Positions 55,301 through 64,000 of a stretch of DNA of 64,000 nucleotides are shown here, one piece after another. Every line of letters starts with the position of its first letter. Positions within the stretch are counted from its first letter, which is position 1. The stretch is taken from contig NC_087245.1 of assembly GCF_037042905.1 (NCBI RefSeq), forward strand, positions 40,798,001 to 40,862,000, read 5' to 3'. Source of the DNA: Lytechinus pictus. Lineage: Eukaryota. The position numbers and the translations under genes are program-made. Under the pieces are notes generated by a model, which had not been told where the DNA came from, ran no database searches, and worked only from the letters and a program-made list of their open reading frames with translations.

Positions 55301-58000
55301 ATTTCTGCCAGAGGTTAGCCAAGCTTCGTTCGTGCAGCCAGTAGAAAATTTACCATGTGGGCTGTGTGGCTGGCCGGCTAGGTATACATGTACACTGTAT
55401 GTTACCCTAGTAAAAATTGCATGCGATTCATTCTGTGTGTATTCTGTGTGTGAATGGCAGAATTTAACGGGAGGAAAATGGTTTGCAATTTGAGTCATGG
55501 AATATATTTTATGTTTGTGTTGGACCAGTGAATTTGACCATTTCTGGAAAAGTTACTGGCCCAACAATGGTTTTTATTACTGGTCATGTCAGACCCATAA
55601 ATCTTGCTATTTTTGGAAAAATTACTGGCCCGAAAATGATATTTTTTACTGGTCATGTCGGACCAGTAAATCTTGCTATTTCTGAAAATCTACTGGCCCG
55701 GCAGCGATTTTTACCGGTCTGGGACCGTCGGACCGGCGCTAGTGTCGAGCCCTGTCTATAATCATTAATATAAATTTAGAACTCGATTTGAGACATTCGT
55801 ATTTATTATTATCGAGTCAGTGCTCTGCAATTGTCCTGTGTCTAATAATGGACTATCAATCATATCAGGATTAATTCTCAAACATTGACATAACTCATAT
55901 TCCACAAATTTTTCTCACAATCGTTATATCAGCATAGAATACCAATTCAAATGACCATCCTGCGAAAAATACGTATGATATTTATTCCCATCAATTTGGA
56001 GCTCATTTTGGATCCAACTACATCTCAGGCAAGTTGGTCACTGCTAGTATTGCACTTGGGCGGCAAGCATGCCTGTCGTTTCAGGAGAGTGAGTGTAGTG
56101 TAAGCCGTAAGGGCTGAAGTGAGTGTGAGAGTCTGGACTGTCACTGTGAGTTATTGAATGAAAATTTCAATAAAATCAGATGTACATGTAAACTTTAGAT
56201 AGTTATGACATTTTAAAGTTTTGCTTCATTCCACAAAAACTGTTTTGAGAATCATAAGCAAGATTCCAAAATGTTTTATCTTTCTCCATCTTTGATCAAA
56301 TTTTTAGTGTTAATCTACATGTAGCTCGTCTTACGATTCTTAATACATGTACATGTAATAATAACAATTTGTATCTACAACATTAAAATCTTCTCTTATG
56401 TTAGGTGGACTTGTACTTGGACATTCTAAGTAAGAATTTTCTACACTGTACTTAATTCTGCAAGATCATATTCAGTGATCTGACAGTTAAAAACTTCTCT
56501 GCATGCTGCATTGCATGTTGAAATTGGACTTTGCCCTTTTTCTTGTTTTAGTAATTTGTCCTGATACTGTTCGTTTGTGACTTCACAAATTGCTCAAAAT
56601 TGTTAAAACCACACTTGACTTTGAGCTTTTAATTTTATAATAAACTATACACACACCACTATGTCTATGGAACTATGATAGTCTTCTTCTTCTTCTTATT
56701 CTGATAAAGTACAGTCCACTGACTGGTGTATTGTTGGTGTATATAGTATGGGCGACCAGCGATAGAGAATTCAAAGCCTTAAAAAAAATGTCAAAAGACA
56801 AAAAGTCAAACACCAGTCTGAGTCTCACATTAGTCTCACACTGCACAGCCAGTCACTCAGTCTCAGAGTCAGACTCAGCTCAAAAGAGTACCGGGTACAA
56901 AATTGTTTAAAAAAATAGTCCGTACATGTAGTAGGGTGTCTGAAGCCACACTGAAAAGTGTCAGCATAAAACAGGCTGATTTAGGGGAAAATATGGCACA
57001 TTTTTTCGGGGAAGTTCAGGCTACTAGAAAAATGTGATCTGAATTGATTATTAACTTGTGATTGGCATGTATGGAAAGAGAAAATTCAGGGGCTTCTTTT
57101 GACAGTAAGGACAAGTTTATATGATCATTTCAAATAATGATTTAGAGATAAATTGCAAACCCTTATTTTTGTGTGTGTTGAGATTGCCATTTCTCCATGC
57201 GTTTTCTATGGGAAAATGAAATTTCTGTTTTGCACAATTTTTTTCACTTTGTCGCAATTTTTCATTGTGATCTGGTTTCCAAATCTTTATAAAAATCATA
57301 CCATCAGATAGAGCATAAAAAATCCTATTGGACTCTTTATGGACAAGTTTTTGGCATTAATATTAATAATAAATTTATAACAGCTCTCGGAAGCTAAAAA
57401 TTTGGATTTGTGTGTGTCCATTTCTTAACTACACAGTCTATGGCAGAGAAATGCTGAAAATTGACCTAATTTCATTCTTCTTTTTTTGCAGCCAATAATT
57501 GGATTTTTTTGTCACCAGTCCATTCACTGCCGTTTATTTCGTCAACGGCGGTGACTTCTTTCCACTCCCATTGACTTTTTGTAACACAAGGAGCGCACAC
57601 ACACACAAGAAGAGAGGTGACAAATTTCACGATAAGGCCCCAAACATTAACAACCAAGTCAGATTTCACTTCAAATAATCATCTCATTCTCAATCGACAA
57701 TTCTCAATCTCACTCAGTCTCAAGTCAAATCCAACATTGATTTTTTTTAACACTGCTCAATTCACTTGACGTGTGTTGACATTTGACAATTCTTCAACAA
57801 CTTCTTGAGCCGACTTCGGAATCCTGGTGGAAAATGCATGAAAACTGTTGACCAAACGGATCCCTCACGCAAATTACAAATATGTGATAATGAACATCAA
57901 AATATACCCTGTCACCATCCTTGAAATGATTCCCGGAACACGAAACAAGTTCAAAAAGTGTCGCCAAAGCGACAATTTTGGCCAACACGACAGTCTCCAT
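34194..58000 (-). CDS. TM9SF1: Transmembrane 9 superfamily member 1 (nonaspanin/endomembrane protein 70 family); whole 14-exon gene span, 590 aa
   Basis: Hand-spliced exons all have GT-AG boundaries and consistent phases, and total 1773 nt. The product has a signal-peptide-like N-terminus, the family motifs [69 protein letters not shown] and EDYRWWWRS, and the C-terminus YINLKMD typical of TM9SF1. Confidence 0.96.
34605..34848 (+). mobile_element. L2/CR1-type LINE 3' end in TM9SF1 intron 13
   Basis: Remnant ORF2 end [11 protein letters not shown]...[10 protein letters not shown], then aagcgccttgagca...gcgctatacaaat and a (tat)n tail. Confidence 0.75.
35018..35209 (-). CDS. TM9SF1: TM9SF1 exon 13 ([18 protein letters not shown]...[13 protein letters not shown])
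   Basis: ctcag| acceptor, |gtgagt donor, 192 nt. Confidence 0.96.
35554..35716 (-). CDS. TM9SF1: TM9SF1 exon 12 ([10 protein letters not shown]...[12 protein letters not shown]...GGFLPF)
   Basis: tttcag| acceptor, |gtaaat donor, 163 nt. Confidence 0.96.
36140..36390 (+). mobile_element. Truncated copy of the Helentron-associated (HINE-like) element
   Basis: Near-identical to 53369-53615 (aacaagtggaatgcctctggc.gtctcacctgcatcacgcga). Confidence 0.85.
36612..36722 (-). CDS. TM9SF1: TM9SF1 exon 11 ([37 protein letters not shown])
   Basis: acag| acceptor, |gtaagt donor, 111 nt. Confidence 0.95.
37540..37697. mobile_element. Palindromic MITE
   Basis: tcggtcacatttgct...acggcaagtcgaaaacagccgtttta / taaaacggctgttttcgacttgccgt...agcaaatgtgaccga. 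Confidence 0.8.
37931..38023 (-). CDS. TM9SF1: TM9SF1 exon 10 ([31 protein letters not shown])
   Basis: acag| acceptor, |gtaagt donor, 93 nt. Confidence 0.95.
38463..39064. mobile_element. Tc1/mariner-like non-autonomous element
   Basis: ttgaggccagaagtttgagtgcacc / ggtgtacataaacttttggcctcaactg. Confidence 0.65.
41163..41631 (+). mobile_element. Second copy of the CAGACCTGCCAACC MITE family
   Basis: Long near-identity to 27048-27452 (gcgctcaagctgcatgcaagctaaaatgc...aaacgtactggttggcaggtctg). Confidence 0.85.
41652..41777 (-). CDS. TM9SF1: TM9SF1 exon 9 ([12 protein letters not shown]...LLYALTS)
   Basis: actag| acceptor, |gtaagt donor, 126 nt. Confidence 0.95.
42087..42658. mobile_element. 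TTAA-flanked (Kolobok-like) non-autonomous element
   Basis: ttaa|aggtcaagtccacc ... ggtggacttgtcct|ttaa; same family as 62116-62723. Confidence 0.85.
43205..43460. repeat. (CAC/CAT/CTC)n microsatellite starting ~15 nt after the exon 8 donor
   Basis: Direct reading. Confidence 0.95.
43475..43622 (-). CDS. TM9SF1: TM9SF1 exon 8 ([12 protein letters not shown]...[23 protein letters not shown])
   Basis: ttcag| acceptor, |gtatac donor, 148 nt. Confidence 0.96.
44412..44483 (-). CDS. TM9SF1: TM9SF1 exon 7 ([24 protein letters not shown]), first TM helix
   Basis: ccag| acceptor, |gtaagt donor, 72 nt. Confidence 0.96.
45100..45276 (-). CDS. TM9SF1: TM9SF1 exon 6 ([10 protein letters not shown]...NSFFPRTLE)
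   Basis: tttcag| acceptor, |gtgggt donor, 177 nt. Confidence 0.95.
45356..45806. mobile_element. MITE with TIR tagaccagttcgtagtt / aactacgaactggctta
   Basis: Terminal inverted repeats read directly. Confidence 0.65.
46385..46959. mobile_element. MITE-like element with IR gcttcccgcaagaagggac / gtcccttcttgtgggaagc
   Basis: Inverted repeats read directly; ends are approximate. Confidence 0.55.
47595..47713 (-). CDS. TM9SF1: TM9SF1 exon 5 ([40 protein letters not shown])
   Basis: ccag| acceptor, |gtaac donor, 119 nt. Confidence 0.95.
47851..48170. mobile_element. hAT-like MITE in a poly-T site
   Basis: Perfect TIR cagggttcccacag / ctgtgggaaccctg; subterminal ttccatgact repeats. Confidence 0.85.
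48541..48851. mobile_element. Same Harbinger-like MITE family, inverted, 3-bp TSD TTT
   Basis: ttt|ggcccgtattctgaagtcgggtt ... aacccgacttcagaatacgggcc|ttt. Confidence 0.88.
48955..49059 (-). CDS. TM9SF1: TM9SF1 exon 4 ([35 protein letters not shown])
   Basis: acag| acceptor, |gtgagt donor, 105 nt. Confidence 0.95.
49769..49850 (-). CDS. TM9SF1: TM9SF1 exon 3 ([27 protein letters not shown])
   Basis: acag| acceptor, |gtttga donor, 82 nt, conserved LGE.L.GDRM. Confidence 0.95.
50637..50726 (-). CDS. TM9SF1: TM9SF1 exon 2 ([30 protein letters not shown])
   Basis: ccag| acceptor, |gtacc donor, 90 nt, conserved motif. Confidence 0.96.
50839..51435. mobile_element. TTAA-flanked (Kolobok-like) non-autonomous element
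   Basis: ttaa|aggggaatccagcc ... ggttggattcccct|ttaa. Confidence 0.85.
52769..55754. mobile_element. ~3-kb composite non-autonomous DNA transposon with a 7-bp TSD (TCTATAA)
   Basis: TIR cagggctccacacta / tagtgtcgagccctg (14/15); tctataa on both flanks; subterminal actggtcc/ggaccagt repeats at both ends. Confidence 0.85.
53369..54326 (+). mobile_element. Helentron-associated interspersed element (HINE/DINE-1-like) with an internal ~163-bp tandem array
   Basis: aacaag start; sub-TIR gtctcacctgcat (53391) / atgcaggtgagac (54309); terminal hairpin; (GCC)n microsatellite; gatgttcagt units at 53460, 53623, 53785, 53948 and 54140. Confidence 0.8.
57908..58000 (-). CDS. TM9SF1: TM9SF1 exon 1 ([31 protein letters not shown]), signal peptide
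   Basis: ATG at 58000, hydrophobic leader, donor AGG|gtatat, 93 nt phase 0; joins VPLYVNK as in family members. Confidence 0.9.
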
Positions 58001-58790
58001 TTTGTGATATTACAACCTCGATCGTGCATATTGAGTTATGTTAAGCTGGGAAATCGTTCTTTTTTACTCTAAAAAGGAATATTCGCAAGTTAAATGACAA
58101 TAATTTTGCAACTCCATATTTTTAAAGATTTTATAGTGGTATAGTATATTTGTTTTATTGAACATTATCTTATCACAGATAATCCCTTTCCTTTCGTGTT
58201 GTTTTCAATTCATCAAGCCAAGCCATGGCCATCGCATCGGTCGTACATTGCGCTCGGGAGTTGGCTGGCTCAGGTGCACTTCCAGCACCGCTGCTGCTGA
58301 TGTCCATGCATCTTTGTGAGATTAGTCTACCAATGAAATAACTTCGTCTGGTTATTTATGATTAAGATCAATATACCGATAATGGAATTCAATTGCTCTA
58401 AATGAGTACATAAAAAATATTGTCTCAAATAGAAACAATTATTTCCATCTTGATACGTCCAATTCCCGAATTTGGAAGTTTTATTTTGGACTATATTCTT
58501 CGCGCATTTGCATCGACTGTGCTACGCGTTAATCCGTAATCTCAGCGACCTTTAGCTTAGCTGATCACCGAACAAAGCCGTGGATTCACCGCCGAGAGCC
58601 TGAATTTGAAGCTACAAATTCGCTGTTTGTGCTCATTTTCACACGAGGAGCTGTCGACTGCCTGTGAACTTGAATTCTCCGTTTTACAGGAGCTCATCTG
58701 GAGTTGTCCACTGAGAAGTATTCTGTTGCAAAACGAGCTACACATTTTGTATGTTTCCGATAATCTTGCCAGACAGCTAAGCCTAATGCA
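58001..58790. promoter_or_regulatory. Shared (bidirectional) promoter/5' UTR region between TM9SF1 and the plus-strand gene
   Basis: Divergent start codons ~790 bp apart; locally CpG-retaining sequence. Confidence 0.55.
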
Positions 58791-58871
58791 ATGGATCTGC
58801 AGCAAACCGTGCAAGATCTCGCGGAGGCATGGGTGGCAGCAAATACCGACACAAGTTTTAGCCGAACTCAG
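58791..58871 (+). CDS. Probable first coding exon of an unidentified gene (MDLQQTVQDLAEAWVAANTDTSFSRTQ)
   Basis: gcaATGG start context, open for 81 nt to a strong donor CAG|gtaaag in phase 0, compatible with the phase-0 exon at 61237. Confidence 0.6.
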
Positions 58872-59509
58872 GTAAAGAAAAAGGTGTATCTCTCAGATTA
58901 TCTTGTTGGCTCTTACAAACAAATTTGAAGGTGAATTTACGATTTAAGTAATCTTCATATTATAAACGACGGAAAAATAATGGCTCATCAAGTCTGAATT
59001 CCTGAAGAGCTAGAATATGATTATTTTACATTAGCTCCGAGGAAGAGCAACCCCATATCAAAGGCAGGTATAGCGCCGGGGCTGGCCGCCTAGTTACAAT
59101 TGGGATTGGGCTAGATTTGTCTGAAACGGAATAGTTGCGTGTTGAATTGTATACATGAACATGTTTTGAATGTGTTAATTATACATCCCTTTTTGACTGG
59201 GGAGACTGAAATTAAACTACGTATTATTTTCTAACCAATGAAATGTTCTTTATTAATATTTTTAGGCAGTTTTTTTATCATTATATCAGTGTTCATTCTG
59301 ACACTAAGTTATATTTTGAGCACTTTTTAGCAGTGCTCTTTCAGTTAAGACTGCATATTTCATTTGGTAATTAATTTTTTAATAATGTTTTCATTACAGC
59401 TGTAGTTATGTTTTGGTTTTGTGCATTTCTTTTTTCAGTTTGTAATATGATTTTGGTTTACCCTTTTCCACCCCCCCCCCCATATGCTTCCTTCTCCAGG
59501 TATAATTCA

Positions 59510-60000
59510 GTAGGTTTGGTTCCCTCCTTCTCCCTCTCCTCCCCCTCTTATCCTCCTCCTTCTTTTCTTCTTTGTCTTCCTCCTAATTCTCCTCCTCCCC
59601 CTTCTTCTTATCTTCATTTTTCTCCCCCTCTGCCTACCTTGGCTCCTCTTTTCCTCCTTATTTTTCTTCTTATTCCTCTTTCTCCTTCCCTTTCATCTCC
59701 TTTTACTTCTCCTTCTTTTCCCTCTCAATTCTTTTTGCTCTTGCTCTTTACCTCTTTTCTTCTTCCTATAAAAATACATTTGATCTTCTTTTTCTTTGAA
59801 AATTATTACACCCTTGTGAGTTGTATATTATTTCTTCCCCCCCCCAACTGACTTCTTTCTTCTCTCTCTCTCACTATTTTCTATCCCTTCTTCCCTCTCA
59901 AATTTTTTTTCTTCCCTTCATCTTCTCAGCCTTCCATGAGTTCCACCCCTCTCTTATTTTTATTCTTCTTCCTTTTCTTCCTTTAATTTTTTTTTTGTTT
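59510..60000. repeat. Pyrimidine-rich low-complexity tract
   Basis: Direct reading. Confidence 0.9.
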
Positions 60001-61236
60001 TGTTATGGGCATATTGAAGCCAGGGCCTGGACTCGGGGTTCCTTTGGTAATCACTTGGTGTTGATGGTTCAACTTTAAACTTCGTCTTTTCTTTTTCTTC
60101 TCTTCAAACTTTCAGAGTTTGTATAAATGACTAGACTTGTCATTTATCTTTGTGAAAATTTGTAACTGTTTGGGAAATTAAGCGAAACTTTAAAATGTCA
60201 TAATAACTTATTTTACATCCAATTTTTGATGAAATTTTCAGCGTTGTGCTTGTTGAATTTTTTAAATTTTTCATTCAATTTAACTTTTTGTTAGGGTGGA
60301 CTTTTCCTTTTAATAAGTGAGGAAAAAAAGTATGCATAAGTTTATATTAATAGTCTAGAGCATGTACTGTATGCAGGTCTAATGTCTCTGAAATTGAATT
60401 GAATTACCGGTACTGTAAATTCCTTTTCATCTGAAATACAATAATTTGTTAAAATGTGATATCCCTCAACTAAACTCAAGTAACTACATTTACCCCCTGC
60501 CAAATGTTGGGGAACATGTACATGTATAGTATTGTATGCATACATACATTTTGGGTTTGGGGAGAGTGTTATGAATTTTGGAATTTTTTCATATTATTTT
60601 ATGAAGGATATTTGTCTTTAGCCTATACTCTGCAAAGCCAAATTTTATGAAGATTTAAATCAGCAACTAATACGAAAGCAATGGTCTCATGCAAAGTTGC
60701 TTTTCTTTTGTTTAATTTCATTTCTTTCTTAAGAAGTCACATTGGCTTCATGGCTTGTGGTAACTTGTGTATAGAACTGTAAATTTTTCAATTCCATAAC
60801 CATACATGAAGTATATTTTAGGCCAGGTTTGTGTTGGGGGAGGGGGGGGGGGGGGACAGGGAGGAGACTATCTTGGGATTGTCTTGTCTTTGATGCCCAC
60901 AATCAAAGTGTTGATTATTATGGGATGTTATGCTCCTAGTAACTACATGTACATTGGGGATTTTGTTGTCAAATTGTATAGAAAATGGCAGTATTATTTG
61001 AATAACTATATTCACATAGTTCATTGAATCAAATTATTTGTTATTTTTTTGTTTTTACACTGTTTTGTTTAATATGTTGTCAAAATATTCAGAAATTTGT
61101 ACAATCATGTACACTGTAGCCACCAATATGTGTAGGCCCTGAAGCTTTTATGTACATGTATCAATGTGTTTTGTGAAATGTACATGTTTTGGTTGGTTGT
61201 CTCATTTTCATTTTATAATTCTCATTATTCCTGCAG

Positions 61237-61537
61237 TTACAGCAAGCGTACGGGAGCGGTGGTGCACAGGACGAAGGTGCAGAGGAAGGCACAGAACCAT
61301 CAACCTCCGGCGAAGGTGAATTCAGCAGTGGCAATCCCATGAGTGCCCCTTCCTCCCCTCCTCCCCACGGGCTGGCAAGCGGAGACAGCCTGGCTTCCTC
61401 GCACAGCAGGAAACGCAAGCAATCCAGTCCTCAGCCCAGACGGGAAGGCTCAGAGCCCGCTGCTGCTGCTACTGGTCTACTCGATCCTTCAACCAACAAA
61501 GGAAACCCCCCGCCGTCAAAACGTGTCAAAGATTCAG
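61237..61537 (+). CDS. Coding exon of the unidentified gene; disordered Ser/Pro/Gly-rich region with NLS-like RKRK and PPSKRVK
   Basis: Pyrimidine tract plus ctgcag| acceptor and CAG|gtaagg donor; GC-rich open frame LQQAYGSGGAQDEGAEEG...MSAPSSPPPHG...SRKRKQSSPQP...PPSKRVKDS in an AT-rich background. Confidence 0.8.
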
Positions 61538-62115
61538 GTAAGGACTTTATACGGCATGATTTTTTATCTAATTCCCTTTTACTCTAGTTGCTTGTGCATC
61601 GTTAAATGTGATACTGTAATTTGATGCAGCAGGGTTATTGATAAGATTTTGCATATTTTGAAATTATGAGTTCCTACCCCATGGGTACTGACATCAGTTT
61701 AACACCAATCATTGAAGTATAATTTCTGGTCACTTTTTCAAGGTTATTTTAGGTTCATTTTGGATATGACTATTACGTAAGACAAGAAGGCCAATTTATC
61801 ATTTCAAAAATAATTTTTTACAAATCCACTGCGAAAAGGAAGGACTAAGTCACATGTCATGAATAACATTTTACTATTTAACAAGGTCAAAGGTCATTTG
61901 AGGTCATCAATAAACAAACTTACAATTTTTAGCAAAATACATACGTTATGTTATTTTGAAAATGTATTTAAATTTAATCTAAATTCTTTTATTCTAATTT
62001 CTATTAATTTTGTAAGGAGTATCCAATAAAACAAGCAACCTTTGACACAATTTCAGGGTCACAAAATCAAGGTCAAAGTTCTTGGTCAATAAATTCAATG
62101 AGGCATAGCCTTTAA

Positions 62116-62723
62116 AGGACAAGCCACCCCAACAAAAAGTTGATTTGAATAAAAAGAGAAAAATCCAATGAGCATAACACTGAAAATTCCATCAAAATTT
62201 GCTGTAAAATAAGAAAGTTATGACATTTTAATAAAGTTTCGCTTAATTTCACAGTATACATGTACATAGTTAATATACGCATCCCAGTCAGTATGCAAAT
62301 GAGGAAACTGATGACATCACTGACATTCACTCACTTCTTCTTTGTATTTTATTATATGGAATAGTCTAATTTTCTCCTTATTGTCCTGTGAAACAAAGTT
62401 TTATTTCTCCATGAACGTGTGGAATTAGCATTGTTTAAAATATGGTTCAGTCAAGTTGGTCCTTATTGTCAAATCTGTAAAAATTGAAATATTGTATAAT
62501 TCAAACAATAAAAAACAAAAATGGTGAATGAGGGACATCATCGATTCTCTCATTTGCATGTGACTAAATTGTGCATATAACTATTTTTTGAAAAAAAAAG
62601 CGAAACTTTAAAGTGTCATAACTTTCTTATTTTACATCTTATTTTGATGAAAATTTCAGCATTATGCTTGGCTGATTTTTATCTGTTGATTCAAATCAAC
62701 ATTTTTTTAGGTGGACTTGACCT
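62116..62723. mobile_element. TTAA-flanked (Kolobok-like) non-autonomous element
   Basis: ttaa|aggacaagccacc ... ggtggacttgacct|ttaa; inverted relative to the 42-kb copy. Confidence 0.85.
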
Positions 62724-64000
62724 TTAAAATTGGATGTATAAAAATAATCATATTTTCACATATGTACATATATACATGTATTTGAATACAATAAAGAATG
62801 GGTTGTGAAAATTTGTACAAGTGCATACAAGTTCATGTTTGCATATATATGTGTAATGTAGGCATGAAACTTGGCACTTTTCTTACTGTGTACTACTGTA
62901 CTGTTAAAAAAATACTCTTGATTAAATGCTTACTTTATGTTGATTTGTTTATTTTTGATAAAAAATTCAAGATAAACTTTTGTTTACATGTTCACAAATG
63001 AAAAAGAGAATAATCAAGCTTATGTATTCATTGAGATTTTTTTGTATGTGCTCAAATTACTAATTTTGTTGTACAGTGTATTTACAATGTATATATATAT
63101 TTTTTTGGAATCAATTACTTTTATACAGCATCAGTACTTTCACTGCCGTACAGATTTCATAAGGGATAAAGGGATATTAGTTTTTGTTTTGCTTTCGAGT
63201 GCTTGTTTTGGCTTAAATTAATATTACGTTAACCCATGTGTATGTGCACAGATATGTCAGAAGAAAAGAAAAAGGCCAGTGTGGTAGTGAGCTATTAAAA
63301 GTAAGGTGGGAAAAGAGTGGAAATCAGATTGAAAATTAAAGAGGAAGAGTTTGGAAGATCACTCATTGCTGGATGAGCCATTAACTGTCAATGAAATTTA
63401 TCTGTTTGTCATCATAGCAGCAAATTCATTATAAAGTGGCTGCTGTCGCTCTGAAAATTGGGTTTTGCACGGGACCTCGTTGAGGTGATAATACCCGCTT
63501 GATGATAGCGTCAGGAATTCTTTCAGCCCAGACCAGGAAGAGTTGACTTTGAGTCCTATCACAGCGGGATTAGCCCAAGAAAAAAAATGCCCAAGTTTCC
63601 TTCCTGCTTGCGAGATATTTCGGTACGCAATCTCACGCAATACTCCTGCCGACGGTTTTCTAATTTTACCAACAGAGGAGAGACAAGAGAGAGAGGGGGA
63701 GATAGAAATGAGAAGTATGGTGAAGCTTAGGAGCTAATTTATCTCATAAGCTGGAGTTTTTTCTTGCTCACTTCCTGTAGAGGAAGGTAATTAATCCAGT
63801 TTCTTTTGACTTGGCATCCAAGCTGCATTCTGGCAGATTTTGCGAGTTACGTTAGCCGGAGGGGATGCTGCTAAGGAAAAAAGACATGAAATGTGTACCT
63901 GTATTTTTATGATGGAAGGTTTGGGAATTGGAATTAAGTGACTAAAAGGGGAGAGGATTAGCCGGCTTAGGACGCTCTTCCAGATCTAATTTGCGTCAGT

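Noticed and set aside
58980..58997. ATG GCT CAT CAA GTC TGA as the start of the plus-strand gene
   Set aside because: Stops after 5 codons; at most a uORF

Overview
AT-rich animal genomic DNA with GT-AG introns. The repeat content (Harbinger-, hAT- and TTAA-type MITEs, Helentron-like elements, tRNA-derived SINEs) suggests an echinoderm such as a sea urchin; this is inferred, not proven. The main gene is a complete 14-exon TM9SF1 (nonaspanin) on the minus strand, 58000->34194. I spliced it by hand into 1773 nt (590 aa plus stop) ending in the KxD/E motif KMD. A second, unidentified gene starts head-to-head on the plus strand (ATG 58791, next exon 61237-61537) and probably continues beyond the window. 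Bases 1-25000 contain no supportable protein-coding gene, only repeats, microsatellites and possible regulatory islands. Nearly all entries in the ORF track are low-complexity or antisense artefacts. I found no clear new multi-gene system. The most notable observations are: a complete 76-nt tRNA cloverleaf with encoded CCA but a non-canonical anticodon loop (443-518, minus); MITE trains sharing one CTG target; a duplicated exon end plus splice donor in TM9SF1 intron 11; a 3-kb nested composite transposon splitting an older tandem duplication; and a likely methylation/transcription boundary near 25-26.7 kb.
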